64,000 bases of DNA from Octopus sinensis (taxonomy: Eukaryota), in NCBI RefSeq assembly GCF_006345805.1, contig NC_043016.1:11904001-11968000 (forward strand), read 5' to 3'. Position 1 is the stretch's first letter. The number at the start of each line of letters is the position of its first letter. The notes beneath the pieces were generated by a model that had not been told where the DNA came from, did not search any database, and worked only from the letters and a program-made list of their open reading frames with translations. Positions 11,560 through 24,044 of the stretch are shown one piece after another. Made by a program: the position numbers and the translations under genes.

Positions 11560-13482
11560 TTTTATTCAGTAACTTAAAACAATGGAACAAAATACATTAA
11601 GTCCTTTATAATTGTGACCTTTTTTTACTTGAACAAAATTTCTTCATAGTTTGTTCTTGTCTCTTTTAGAACTTGAATCTTTCTTTCAGATTTACATCTC
11701 AAATTAGATCATACATCCAGGTAGTCCTCACTATTAGCAGTGTGCTCATTTATTTAGCTGAAGGCATCAGTTTTATTATTGATTTTGTAAGAAGGGCCAA
11801 ATCACCTAAAAGTTTTTCTATTTTGTCAGAAATCTTATACATCATCATCATCGTCGTCGTTTAACATCCGCTTTCCATGCTGGCATGAGTTGGACGGTTT
11901 GACTGAGGACTGGCAAGCCAGAAGGCTGCACCTGGCTCCAATCTGATCTGGCAAAGTTTCTACAGCTGGATGCCCTTCCAAATGCCAACCAGTCCGAGAG
12001 TGTAGTGGGTGCTTTTACATGCCACCGGCACGATGATCAGTCAGGCAGTACTGGCAACGACCACATTCAAATGGTGTTTTTTTACGTGCCACCTGCAGAG
12101 GAGCCAGTCTGGCGGCACTGGCAACGACCACACTCAAATGTTTTTCACGTGCCAGTAAGGCAACGCTGGCAATGATAAAGCTCAAATTGTGTTTTTTATG
12201 TGTCACCAGCACGGGAGCCAGTCAGCGGCCCTGGCAACGATCACACTCAGATGGGGCTTTTAACGTTCCACTGGCACGGATGCCAGTAAGGCAACACTGG
12301 TAATGGCCATGCTCAAATGGTGTTTTTTATGTGTCACCAGCACGGGTGCCAGTCAGCGGCCCTGGTAACCATCATACTTTTAATGTTCCACTGGCACGGT
12401 TGCCAATCCTCTGTATAATTTCAGTAAGAAAAGAAATAAACTTTCTTTCTGTCTTTATACAGTCAACTAATATTTCTGAAGTATAACATTTTTCACTCAA
12501 TGTTGCTATGTCAGTGAGTTCTAAGCTTAATCCAGTGTGATATGATATGTCCAAATATCAAGCAGCTCAGCAACACCATACTTTCAGTGGAAAGCCATCT
12601 TGTTTGACGGTCTGATGGAATTGTCTGTGATTTTCCTTCATGTATAGCTTCATCTAAGATTTTTATGCTATTGATAAATAAATCACTTGCATGTTTCAGA
12701 GATAAGGAATACCAGATTTCAGATGGGGGGTAAATAGAATCAACTGGGGCATTACGATAAGTGATGGATTCTCTTTCTTGAATTTCTGATAAAAACCATT
12801 ATTTTATGCAAGCCATCAGACTTGTGCTGTCAGCGCCAACAGCCTTCAAGCTTAGTAACATCGGTTTTTTAAAATTCATTCTTTAACGCTTCAGTAATAT
12901 CCACTCGCATTACATACATCAAGCTCTACAATATCAAAAGTTGAAACTACTTTTTCCCTAATTATGATTGAAATAAATTACCAGCAAATATCAAGTATTT
13001 TATATATACAGATGTCATTTGACTTGTCTAAACGCAGGGGGTATTTACTATTACATATAACTATGAAATCATTTTCAAAATGAGGGATCAACTAAATATT
13101 TTTACTTGTAGGACTACATTTTCCATTTTGAAATAGTTTTACTATCTTTTGTATTCTTAAACATAACTGTTTCAGGGTAGAAAAAGCTTTTAACATTATA
13201 TTTCCTCTTCAAAATACGATAATGCAACGCATATTTGCTTAACAAACTTTATCAAGCAATAGTTGTCCCTGTAATTTTAATGTTTGTTTTTGTTTATTAT
13301 TATTTGTTTTTGTTTGTTATCATGATAAATTAAATCACTAAACTTAACATTTATCTTGCCCTTTCACGCCTAGCATTTCAGTTCCACTGAAACCATTATC
13401 TATTTCTTTTAACATGTCTTTAAACTCGGTTTTTAACTCATTGTCCTCTGAACTTTTGTTTATATTTCTTTACTTTCAGCAT
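11560..13482 (-). pseudogene. Decayed hAT-superfamily transposase (ZNF862-like), interrupted by an RTE tail
   Basis: hand translation across frameshifts gives, in the expected order: MLKVKKYKQKFR, C..(C)KGKINVKFSDLIYH, KYPLRLDKSNDI (cf. DESTD), VGADSTSLM..NGFYQKFKKENPSLI, QTRWLSTE, SEKCYTSEIL, KLLGDL. Confidence 0.75.
11840..12410 (-). mobile_element. RTE LINE 3' end with tandem UTR repeats
   Basis: (cat)n tail plus ctggcaacga..aaatggtg repeat units. Confidence 0.85.
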
Positions 13483-14693
13483 TAAGTGTTAGAAAATTTG
13501 TGAATTACACAACACAAGGCAAAGGGATGTCAGACGCTAATGAGTTGCAGTTAAATCGTACCAAACTCGTTAACTACATGTAACGAATCTATTACACGCT
13601 TGTAACGAAGTCTGTCCTGTAACTGTGTGCATTTACTACAGAAAAGGAAATGATACGTTTTGCTTTGTACCTCATGAAATTGATTCGCTTTTCGTCGGAC
13701 AAATTACAATTTCGCTCTTTTACATTTCTCATTCGTTTATTGCTTTTTACGTTTTTGCTTGACGTCTTCCTACTCTAATCACAGACACAGTAGCTCGAAC
13801 TGCTAGGAATAGTACCCAAATATCCCTCAACAGATAGTACAGATCTACTTTTAACACTTTTTTTTTGCAAACATTTACAAGAAAGATGTAATTTGCTTTC
13901 TTACTGAAATAAATTTTAACCAATAAGAAGGCTCCAAAGTTATAATATATCACTGAAATAATTCTAACGGAACTTGTTCCATTATTCGATATTGGTTCTT
14001 AAAAATGGTAAGGTGGAATCAATCGATCGGCCGTTTGTTATAAGTTACACTTCTCCGAATAAAAAGTAAAGTCGCTTATCAACCGCTTTTTTCTTCCCTT
14101 CAAACATCTATCTGAAAGGTTGAAACAAATATATTAGTGAAAATAATTGCGATCTTGAAGCATATTTCCTTTCAGTTTCGCAAATGTCAGTTGTAATAAT
14201 TCTCTGGGACAGAGTTTGGGAAACAATTGAAGGCAAAATTGCTATAACAATTTAAAGAATTGAAGAAAATAATGTTCATATAGCAAGGAGAATTTATGAT
14301 ATAAAAAAAGAGCGGAGTGGTTTGATCTAAGTTATTTAATGCTGATCTTTTTTAAAATCATTGAAAGTTACTTCAGTATTATTTTCCTTTCCATCTCTTT
14401 GTGAAATATAATGTTTTCTTTAAAAAAAGGAATTAGTTGACTGCATGTGTATCATTTCAGGCGGAAATTCGGATACAATGACCGACCACAAACAGGCTCT
14501 GCGCCTGTTGATTGTGGTTGACGAGTCGAATCGAAAGTATAAAAAGCGGATCTATTTTGGTGAAAAGCGAAACTAGGCCAAAGCAAAAATATTTCTTTGC
14601 ATTTTATTATATTTGCGTGCGCACGTATACACGCATGCACGCACACACACAACACATACTCTCTGTCTGTCTCTGTCTGTCTGTCTGTCTGTC

Positions 14694-14735
<42 letters not shown>

Positions 14736-14746
14736 CCTCCCTCCCT

Positions 14747-14833
14747 CTGTTGGTGCTGAAATTCCAATGAAGGTGCCTTGGATCTAGATTAGATCTATTG
14801 GCAAGAAATCTTGAAATAAAACTGAATAATGAC
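14747..14833 (+). repeat. Short microsatellite-flanked element, internally deleted copy of 34341-34453
   Basis: gaaattccaatgaagg..ggcaagaaatcttgaaataaaactgaataatgac shared with the reverse complement of 34341-34453. Confidence 0.65.
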
Positions 14834-14849
14834 ATACGCACACACACAG

Positions 14850-15192
14850 GTGTGGTAAGAAGCTTGCTTCCTAACCATGTGGTTCCAAGTTCAGTCCCAC
14901 TGTGTGGCACCTTGAGTGTGTTCTACTGTAGTTTTGAGCTGACCAAAGCCTTGGGAGTGGATTTGTTGGCCAGAAACTGAAAGAAGCCCATTGTGTGTGT
15001 GAGTGTCTGTGTTTGTCTCCCCCACCCATCACTGCTTGACAACCAATATTGGTGTGTTTTTGTCTCTGTAACTTAGCTGTTCGGCAAAAGAGACTGACAG
15101 AGTAAGTACTAGGCTTAAAAAAATAAGTGTTGGGATTGATTTTCAAGATGCTACTCCAGTCAACTAACTGAAACAAGTAGAAAAATAAAAGA
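14850..15192 (+). mobile_element. Family A SINE
   Basis: tgtggtaagaagcttgctt..gttcagtcccactg..actgaaacaagta. Confidence 0.8.
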
Positions 15193-15262
15193 ACACGCAA
15201 ACACATACATATAAACAAACAAAAGTAAGATTTAAAATCTCTTAGTATATCTGCAAAATAAA

Positions 15263-15647
15263 GCTGTGTGGTAAGTAGCTTGCTTACTAATGACATGGTT
15301 CCGGGTTCAGTCCCACAGCATGGCAACTTGGGCAAATGTCTTCTACTATAGCCTCAGGCTGACCAAAGCCTTATGAGTGGATTTGGTAGACGGACACTGA
15401 AAGAAGCCCATCGTATATATTTATATATGTGTGTGTGGGCATATGTTTGTGTGTCTGTGTTTGTACCACCACCCTTGCTTGACAACTGATCTTGGTGTGT
15501 TTACATTCCCATAACTTAGCAGTTCGGCAAAAGAGACCAATAGTATAAGTACTAGGTTTACAAAGAATAAATCCTGGGGTTGATTTGTTTGGCTAAAGGT
15601 GGTGCTCCAGCATGGCCGCAGTCAAATGACTGAAACAAATAAAAGAA
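15263..15647 (+). mobile_element. Family A SINE (near full length)
   Basis: tRNA-like A/B boxes, cttgggcaaatgtcttc CORE-like segment, tail aatgactgaaacaa. Confidence 0.85.
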
Positions 15648-15650
15648 ATG

Positions 15651-15687
<37 letters not shown>

Positions 15688-16119
15688 TTTAATATCCAGC
15701 TTCTATGCTTCTATGGATTGGAGGGTTTGACAGGATCCAATGAGCCAGGGGACTGCATTGAGCTCCAATGCCTGTTTTGGCTTGCTTCCAACGGCTGGAT
15801 GTTCTTCCTAAAGCCATCCACTTTACAGCATACAGGGCATTTTTTATGTGGTGCAGAGGTCTATGGTGAATAGGAGAGGACTAAGTTCTGGTGAACTCCT
15901 ACCAGTACACTACATTCATTACTATACTCTTCATTAACTCTCGCCTTACTGACAGTACCCTTGAATGTAGCTTGTATGGCTTTTATAAGTCATTCTTCTA
16001 CCCTTAGCATCTTCAAGGACAACCAATTGAATGAGTGACAGACCCTGTCGAAAGTTTTCTACAGGTTGACAAATAACTAGTATAGTAGTCTATTTTTAGC
16101 TAAATACTTCCGTAGTTAA

Positions 16120-16328
16120 TGGCTACTTTAATGTAGCTGTTCTGTAAGAGACAATGACACTGCCATTTAACCCCAGGAATACATCTCCAGCTGGTTCATA
16201 CTATGCACTTCTGGCACCTGATATTTATTGCAAGAAGCGCACTGAATAAACCTGCTGGAGGTCATGCCTTCTTAGGGTTAAATGGCAGTATCATTGCCTC
16301 TTAGAGGACAGCCACATTAAAGTGGCCA
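16120..16328. mobile_element. Foldback MITE, probably PIF/Harbinger (TAA TSD)
   Basis: taa|tggctactttaatg..cattaaagtggcca|taa with about 95-bp imperfect arms. Confidence 0.75.
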
Positions 16329-16624
16329 TAAGCAATACTTTTTGGTTCATATATTGCTTCTATCTCAAACAGAGATTTTCTAACAGACTTCTGTAGTTGT
16401 CTTACAAGAGGACATCAGAAGTACTTTTCCCTGGCACAAAATAAAACTGCATCAATGCTTTTTCCCTAATTAGTTGAGCTGTATCTCAGTAATACTTAGT
16501 TCAGTAGTCTGATACCTCTTTCATTGCTTCTAAGTCATCTCTTTTACTCTTGTAACAGTTAACTATATAATGCTGCAAACCAGTCGTTAGCAATAACACC
16601 TTTCTATACAAACTAATTAACTAT

Positions 16625-16950
16625 ACAGGTGACTACGCTCTATCCTCTTCTGCTAGATATTTTAAGTATCTCAGCAGTGATTCATAACAGACCAGGGACT
16701 TTTCCTGCCTTTATATTTTTTATTGCTTTATCTATCATAATGCTGTCAACTAAGATAACTGGTCTCTCTGTTCAGTCTACGATGAGAACATCTTTCTCCT
16801 TTAAATTCTCCACATTTAATAAACATTTCACAGAAACACTTCATTGCCTCTTTCTTTGCAGAATTACTAAATGCAGATACATCTTCCCACACTTCTCACC
16901 CACAACATCTCAATTCTCTCTGATAGAAGAGAGCAACATCAAGGATGTAT
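16625..16950 (-). mobile_element. Decayed RTE ORF2 fragment (pre-RT region)
   Basis: minus frame KNIKAGKVPGL..ITAEILK resembles KAPGPSGITAEMLK. Confidence 0.6.
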
Positions 16951-17209
16951 GAATCTTTCAACCCATCAATGCAAAAGGACTTTGTAAGCTGTTTCAAATT
17001 TTTTCTTTCTGGAAGAAAATGTCTTTTATTCCATTTTATTTTCACAAAAAAAATTAGCAGCAAGACTACTTTTTAGATTATCAAATATCCCTTGTTGAAT
17101 ATTTGTCCAACCAAATTCAACATTTTTCTTGTGCAAATTCAAAAATATTTTGATCTTTGAGAATAATTTGGTAAATATCAACCATAAAAATTTACCATTC
17201 CTGAAAACA

Positions 17210-17580
17210 ATCCTGTTTCTTTCTTAGATGTACAAAGTAGGACTGTCACTATTTCTTCTTCTGTTGCTACTGTGCCCAAATACATGACAAGCTTTGATAC
17301 GAGTGTGTCACAGATTTGTTACATGTAGATAATGAGCTTGGTGCTGTTTAACTGCAATTCATTAGCACGACATCCCTTGCCTTGTGTTGTGCAGTTCACA
17401 AATTTTCTAATACATAATACTGAAAGTAAAGAAATATAAACAAAAATTGAGAAAACAGTGGGTCAAAAATCAAGTTTAAAGGCAGGTTAAAAGAAGCAGA
17501 GAATGGTTTCAGTGAACCTCAATGCTGGGTGTGAAAGGGTAAGATAAATGTTAAAAGATTTGCAAACCAAACATTGAAGC
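17210..17580 (+). pseudogene. 5' part of a second copy of the same hAT transposase (UTR plus zinc finger)
   Basis: aligns to the reverse complement of about 13345-13690; LKVKKYKQKLRKQW..CWV*KGKINVK. Confidence 0.7.
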
Positions 17581-17632
17581 TTTTTTGTGAAATGAAGTAC
17601 CCAAAAATGATAACACTTCACTGTTAAGATAT

Positions 17633-19067
17633 CATCATCATTGTTGTCGTTGTCATCATCGTCATTATCATCATTTAACGTCCATTGTCCATGCTGGCAT
17701 GGGTTGGATGGTTTGACCAGGGCTGGCAAGCTGGAGAGCTGCACCAGACTCCAGTCTGCTGTGGCATGGTTTCTATGGCTGGATGCTCTTCATAACACCA
17801 ACCAATTTACAGAGTATACTGGGTGCTTTTATGTGGCACTGCACAGGTGCTTTTATGTGGCACTGCCATGAGTGCTTTTCACCACCAGAGGAACTGGTCT
17901 TAGCACTTTTGCTACAGAGTATTGGTCTTCTTGAGTACAGCAAGGTACCAGGCATCTTGGCCATTTGTCATCTCACCCGAGAGGTTCAAAGTCCTGAGGT
18001 CAATCTTCAGTACTTTGTTCCATATCTTCCTGGGTCTTCCACTTCCACCTGTTTTATTCCCTTTAAGAGATTGATACTTCTTTATGGAACTGTTGGCATC
18101 CATCTGCATTTTATGACCAAAACAGTGCTGTTGTCTCTCATGCACACAGCAACTAATTCCTCTTATGCCTAACTTCTCTCTCAAAACACTAATTCTCTGT
18201 CAAACATGTACACTTACATTACACATCCAGCAGAGCATACTAGCCTCATTCCTTTCTAACCTTCGCATGTCCTCTGTATTCAGGGCCCACGTCTCCCTAA
18301 CCATGTAGAATTGCTGTCTGTATACATGCATCATGCAACCTTCTTTTCACTCAGAGAGAGAAACCGTTCATTGCCAACAGAGGTAAAAGCTCTCTGAATT
18401 TCCTCCATCCTATTCTTATTCTAGCTATCACACTCTCCATGCAGAAGTTATCTGCTACCTCTAATGAGTCACCAGGACTTTTGAGAGAATCAATTTCTTG
18501 AGTCTCTAAAGTTTTTATGGATCCTCTGTATCTTCCACATACAAAAACTATCTTCTCTGATAACCTTCTTATTAATCCACTGCATCTCTTGTGTGTCCAT
18601 AGTTTACACTGGGTATACCATATGGAGTTCCTGCCTACACCATTCCTACAAATCGAATAGGGCCACCTGCCTGAAGCAAGTAAGGTCCTATCAGTTTTCT
18701 TGCTTTTTAGGATCTTAGTGTTTGCTAAGTTAACCTTAAGGCCCTTAGATTCCAGGTTCTGCTTCCACACTTGGAATTTCTCTTCTAACTCTGATATAGA
18801 ATCTACTATAAGGGCAAGATGATCAGCATGTAGTAGATCCCAGGGTCTGCCAGTCTTGAATTCCTTTGTTATGGCCCGAAGGACAATGATGAAAAGGAAG
18901 GGAATAAGGACCAAGCCTTGATGAACCGCTACCTGTACATCAAATTCTTTGCTGTGCTTGTGGTTTAGTCTCACCTTACTGACAGCATCTTTGTACATCT
19001 TTATGGCCTGTACAACTTTCACCAGCTGCTCATCTATCCCTAGCTTCCTCAGAGCCCACCATATCAC
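17633..19067 (-). mobile_element. 5'-truncated RTE LINE (RT, Cys-rich insert, thumb, 3' tail)
   Basis: ORF 18351-19067 VHQG..LFIIVL..LLHADHLALI; GRPRKIW at 17912-18184; (GAT)n tail. Confidence 0.9.
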
Positions 19068-19452
19068 ACAGCGAGGCAGCTGATAAGATATATTTCTTTG
19101 AATTAATAGTCATATCACTCAGTCGATTCAATAAATCTTCATTGTCAGGTTCAATTCCTCTTGATAGTTGTATCCAAACATATGTCTTCCTGAAAGAATA
19201 TTTGTCTTTCCTGTAGTATATTGAAAGATGGCATTTGCAGATTTTTATGCCAAAAATGTTTGTATTCATCTCAACAAACCAACCAAGGTGTTAACAACTA
19301 CTTGATTTTGGTGGAATGCAGCTCAAAGACTTAATTTTGCTGAGAAGAATTAAAGTTCAAGTTTGTGAGAGAAAGACAGGTTCAAAATTAGTGGTTTACT
19401 AAAAGTTCAACCAACTCTTGTAATTAATGCCTATCCAGTAGTCACCAGGTTT

Positions 19453-19544
19453 TACTACTACTACTACTACTACGACCTCCACCACCACTACTATGACGAT
19501 GACGACGACGACGACCACCACCACCACACTGATCTTAGCCACCT

Positions 19545-19622
<78 letters not shown>

Positions 19623-19700
19623 AAATATTGCTGCTGTTGCTGTTGCTGCTGCTGCTGCTGCAATCAACACTGCCACAACTACCACCACTATCACTGCTGC
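19453..19700. repeat. Compound trinucleotide repeat (CTA/GAC/CAC/CTG)
   Basis: direct reading. Confidence 0.9.
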
Positions 19701-20319
19701 TGTTGCCAGCTTGTACTATTTGGACATAATTGAATATTCTCTGTTAACATTTTAACATTTAAACCAGCCTTATCTGGCTCAAGTAGCTAGCCTACCTGTT
19801 TTATGTTACATGGAGTTTTAAATACAAATGAGGAGTAAATATGTAGTGAAGAAAAGAAAAAAAGAACATACAAACCAATAACTAATCTACTTTTTCTGAC
19901 ACGTACAAAAGACAACTTTGGTCATATTTCAGGCTTATTTTGACCTCATCAGCAAAAACATCAAGTTCACCATACTTGCTGAAATAGTGATGAAAGCATT
20001 AGTAAATATACAAAACTGTACAAAGGTGCTTTTATGAAGGTTGGCGGGTGGCTTACTAGAAACAACAGCCAAAGTCCTCTCAAACCACACCTTACCTTAG
20101 AAAAAACAAAAGGACATGTTAGGTATTGTTATCCTGCATACAATGTCTTAAATTAACCCATTAATGCATAATGTCTCCAAAATAGGACAGTCAGAAAATT
20201 GCACAATGCAATGAAATATTAATTTACATTTTAAATATTGTCCATATTGACTTTCCATGAACCCCCTCTGTTAGAATAAAGATCTTTTATAACTTTTTTT
20301 ACCCAGCATTATTTTTTAT

Positions 20320-20719
20320 CTTTTATCTTTTACCTTTAACTTGTTTGTCATTCAACTTTGCCCATGCTGTAGCATTCTCTGAAAAGGTTTAGTCAAACAA
20401 ATCGACCCCAGTACTTCTTTTCTTGAAGTCTGATCTTATTTTCTATTGATCTCTTTTGCTAAATTGATAAGTTATGGGGATGTAAACAAATCAACACTGG
20501 TTGTCAAGCAGTAATGGTGATGGTGTGACAAACACAACACAAAGACACACACACACATATGATGGGCTTCTTTCAGTTTCCGTCTACCAAATTCACTCAC
20601 GAGGCTTTGGTCGGCCCAAGGCTATAGTAGAAGACACTTGTCGAAGATGCCATGCAGTGGAACTGAACCTGGAACCATGTGGTTGGTAAGCAAGCTACTT
20701 ACCACACAGCCACTCCTGC
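20320..20719 (-). mobile_element. Family A SINE
   Basis: homologous to 21202-21604. Confidence 0.8.
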
Positions 20720-20747
20720 ATTTTATTTATAGTTAGTTTTATGAAGT

Positions 20748-21183
20748 TTTAGCATTCAGATTACTTTGTTAAATGCAATGCTTATTTACCCATATTGTTT
20801 TGAATTAATCATGAATAATTATCTCTTAGCTTTGAAATTCTGATGATGTGACTGTTTAGTTTTAGAAAGACATTGTAGGGAAAGTGTAAGATGCCAGATC
20901 TGGCCAGTTTGAGCATAAAACAGGTTGAATATTTGGGCTGGACATGACTGGATTAAATGTTAAAGGGTCAGCCCTTTAGTACTGAGATTACTCTGTCAAA
21001 TATAATGCTTATTTATTCTCATTATTTTGAATTAATCACGCAAAATCTCATAGCTTTAAGATTTTGATCATGTAATTGTTTAGTTTTAGAGTGATATTTT
21101 AGGGTAGGTGTCAGAAGTTGGATCTGGCACGTTCAGTATAAAATATTTGGGCTTGATATGGCTAGTTTAAATGCTAAAGGGTT
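20748..21183 (+). mobile_element. Two tandem copies of the second TTAA MITE family
   Basis: tttagcattcagattact..aatgttaaaggg followed by ccctttagtactgagattact..aatgctaaagggtta. Confidence 0.75.
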
Positions 21184-21201
21184 ATATATCTATTTTTACT
21201 A

Positions 21202-21604
21202 TTTTACTTGTTTCAGTCATTTGACTGTGGCCATGCTGGAGCACCATCTTTAGTCGAGCAAATTGACCCCAGGACTTACTCTTTGTAAGCCTAGTGCTTA
21301 TTCTATCGGTCTCCTTTTGCCGAACCGCTAAGTTACGAGGACGTATACACACCAGCATCGGTTGTCAAGCGATGTTGGGGGTACAAACACAGACACACAA
21401 CATATACACACACACATATATATATATAAATACATATATATGATGGGCTTCTTTCAGTTTCTATCTACCAAATCCACTCACAATGCTTTAGTCGGCCCGA
21501 GGCTATAGTAGAAGACACTTGCCCAAGGTGCCACGCAGTGGGACTGAACCCGCAACCATGTGGTTGGTAAGCAAGCTACTTACCACACAGCCACTCCTAC
21601 GCCT
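21202..21604 (-). mobile_element. Family A SINE (full length)
   Basis: head aggcgtaggagtggctgtgtggtaag..gggttcagtccc; internal (TA/TG)n; tail actgaaacaagtaaaa. Confidence 0.9.
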
Positions 21605-21959
21605 TTATATGTTAACACTAAAACTAAAGGTTACTTATTATTTTTCAGGTAAATGATATCTCTTGAATGACTTAATCAATCTTTAGATCTACTCACTTTG
21701 TGATGTTATGTGACATATTAGCACTATTTTGTTGTGGTGGCATATCACAGTCGTGCTACGCCCAAAACTCACACTTCACTGCTGGGTCACACGTATCCTT
21801 CAACAGCCGGCAGCAATTGGATGTTTTGGTTGTAGTACGACTTTGCCAAGCCACCACAACAAAATAGTGCATATACATGAAAAGGAAAGCAGTATAAATG
21901 CATTAAGCAGGAAAAAAATACAACATGGCAACAAGCCCAAAGGGCCAGTTCGTATATAA

Positions 21960-22585
21960 ACAGGCCAATAGACATGATGACCTCTGTGGGCTGTTGTGAT
22001 GTATGTTGTTGGGGGTGGGGAAGGTGTGTGTAGCTGAGCTTGTGGTGAGTGTGATGGTGCAATATTTGTTTCCTGTTGTATAATGTACAAGGGAGGGAGT
22101 ATAAGGCTCTGGTGTGAGAGGGTTTGTATAGGCCCGCTTAAGTCTATCAACCAAGACTGTTTTCTCAGGAACCATTCAAGCCTATGGTGAAATGTTTATC
22201 AGTGCATGCCAACATGCAATAAGGTCCTGAGTAAGGGGCGGAGAGTGAGAGGACTCCTCACTGCATCCTTATGTACAAAAATGTGAGTCCGTAAGGCAAT
22301 AATGCTTGGGAGTGATGATTTTACTGTTTGATATTGAGTGCTCATTGGTGTCAGTTCTTGAAAATATGCACACAGGTGGGTAACATAAAGTGCCAGATCT
22401 TGAGTAGTAAGATCAGCTGGAGCAAGCATCTATCCTGGCAAAGACAAGGGAGTGCCATAAAGCAGCTCAGATGGAGAGAAACCAAGGTCTTCCTTAACCG
22501 ATGTTCGAATACCGAGAACAATAGGAAGATACTCGGTCCAATGCAGAGTGTCAAGAGAGGCTCACAAAGCAGCTTTCAGTTTGCA
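21960..22585 (-). mobile_element. Gypsy/Ty3 integrase C-terminal remnant
   Basis: HWTEYLPIVLGIRTSVKEDLGFSPSELLYGTPLSLPG; THIFVHKDAVRSPL; TVLVDRLKRAY. Confidence 0.85.
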
Positions 22586-22691
22586 GGAGGGTATCTGCAG
22601 TGAGACGTGTTAGCACTATTTTGTTGCGGTGGCATTGCACAGTCGTGCTATGCCCAAAACATCCAATTGCTGCTGGCTGTTGAAGGATACA

Positions 22692-23138
22692 TGTGATCCA
22701 GCGGTGAAGTGCAAGTTTTGAGAGGCAATAATCCAAATGACAAAATGTTGCTGAATTAACACCAATCAGAAAACAGCATTCATACAACTGTGGGATTTCT
22801 ACCTCACCTCACAACCACTACAAAACTCATTGGATATTTTGGATTTGCAGTCAAGTACCGAATCTAACTACCTTGATGTTTATTAAGGAATTAACTCATG
22901 TCTCTCTACACCCTGTTGCCATGAGCACTTATTTCTGATGTGCTTACTACTTTATGTGCGATCAAGGAATAAATCATTATGTTTATTAACCAAAAAAAAC
23001 ATTGCCTTCTGATATTTATTGTTACCATCATGTATAACATACATTTATACATTTCAAACCTTCTTACATGCACACATCTAAATATACTTTTCTAAAGTGG
23101 TAATCCTAACTCTTAATTTTCCTCTTGTTACGGTGACA
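22692..23138 (+). mobile_element. Putative Gypsy LTR
   Basis: TGTGA..GGTGACA ends, preceded by purine-rich gaaggata, internal AATAAA at about 22968; its start is also present inverted next to the integrase end. Confidence 0.5.
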
Positions 23139-23872
23139 ATATACACACAGGAAGGCTGTTTCAAAACATTACGCAATGTTCTGCTGTGGAAGTGAGTTTG
23201 AGAACAAAGAGAATAAAAAGAAAATGCAGAAAGTAGGCAGACATCCTAAAAGTGAAAAATTATTCCTTATAAGAGAAGTTATGGCTGTTTTTGCCTGGTG
23301 GTGACAGGAAACTCTCCTCTATCTTTTATTCAATTGCTGAGCAAGATCTCACTTCTAAAGGGCTTCCATTTTAAAACAGGTAAAACAGGTATTAGTGTCA
23401 AGGGCTATCTTGTAAAATTTGAAATGTTTGTTTGGTAAGTAGTAGATATTTAACAATCCAAATCTAGACATGAAGCATTAGAAAGCTAATTATAAATAGA
23501 TAAGTGTGGTGTGTGAAAAAAGGTACAACAGATGTGATATCAGCTTATCCACCTTTTAAATGCAAGGAAGATGGTAAAGATGATATTAAAAAAAGTTGTT
23601 TAGCGAGGAAAACAGTGCATGTGACCCACAGTACTATTCCAAATATGTGGTCAACAATTGCCTCTTTAGAGACCTGTAACCAATTGTAGTATGAAATAAA
23701 TGGAAGCCCGTGGGAGCAAAAAGAGCTATGTGGTTTTGATGTTTTCTTTCCACTTGTGGTTCCTGTTTAAATCTCAGTGCACAGCCCTTTGGGAAAATGT
23801 ATTCTACCAAAGCCTCAGATTAACAAATGCTTTATGAGAGGAATTAGGTTGATTGAAACTGTGGAAGATTGT

Positions 23873-24012
23873 CATACATGCATACATACATACATACATA
23901 CATATACACATGCATACATACATGCATACATACACATACATACATACATACATACATACATACATACATACATACATTCATACATACATACATACATACA
24001 TACATACGTACA

Positions 24013-24044
<32 letters not shown>

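Noticed and set aside
14490-14585. Hairpin plus TTTTG GTGAAAA GC GAAA CTAG GC CAAAG
   Set aside because: No stem II and no NUH triplet; single copy in the window.
19491-19729. Signal-peptide or transmembrane-like poly-Leu/Val ORFs
   Set aside because: Trinucleotide repeat translation.
21530-21604. tRNA genes at SINE heads
   Set aside because: A/B-box-like sequence is fused to SINE bodies and gives no complete cloverleaf; counted as SINEs.
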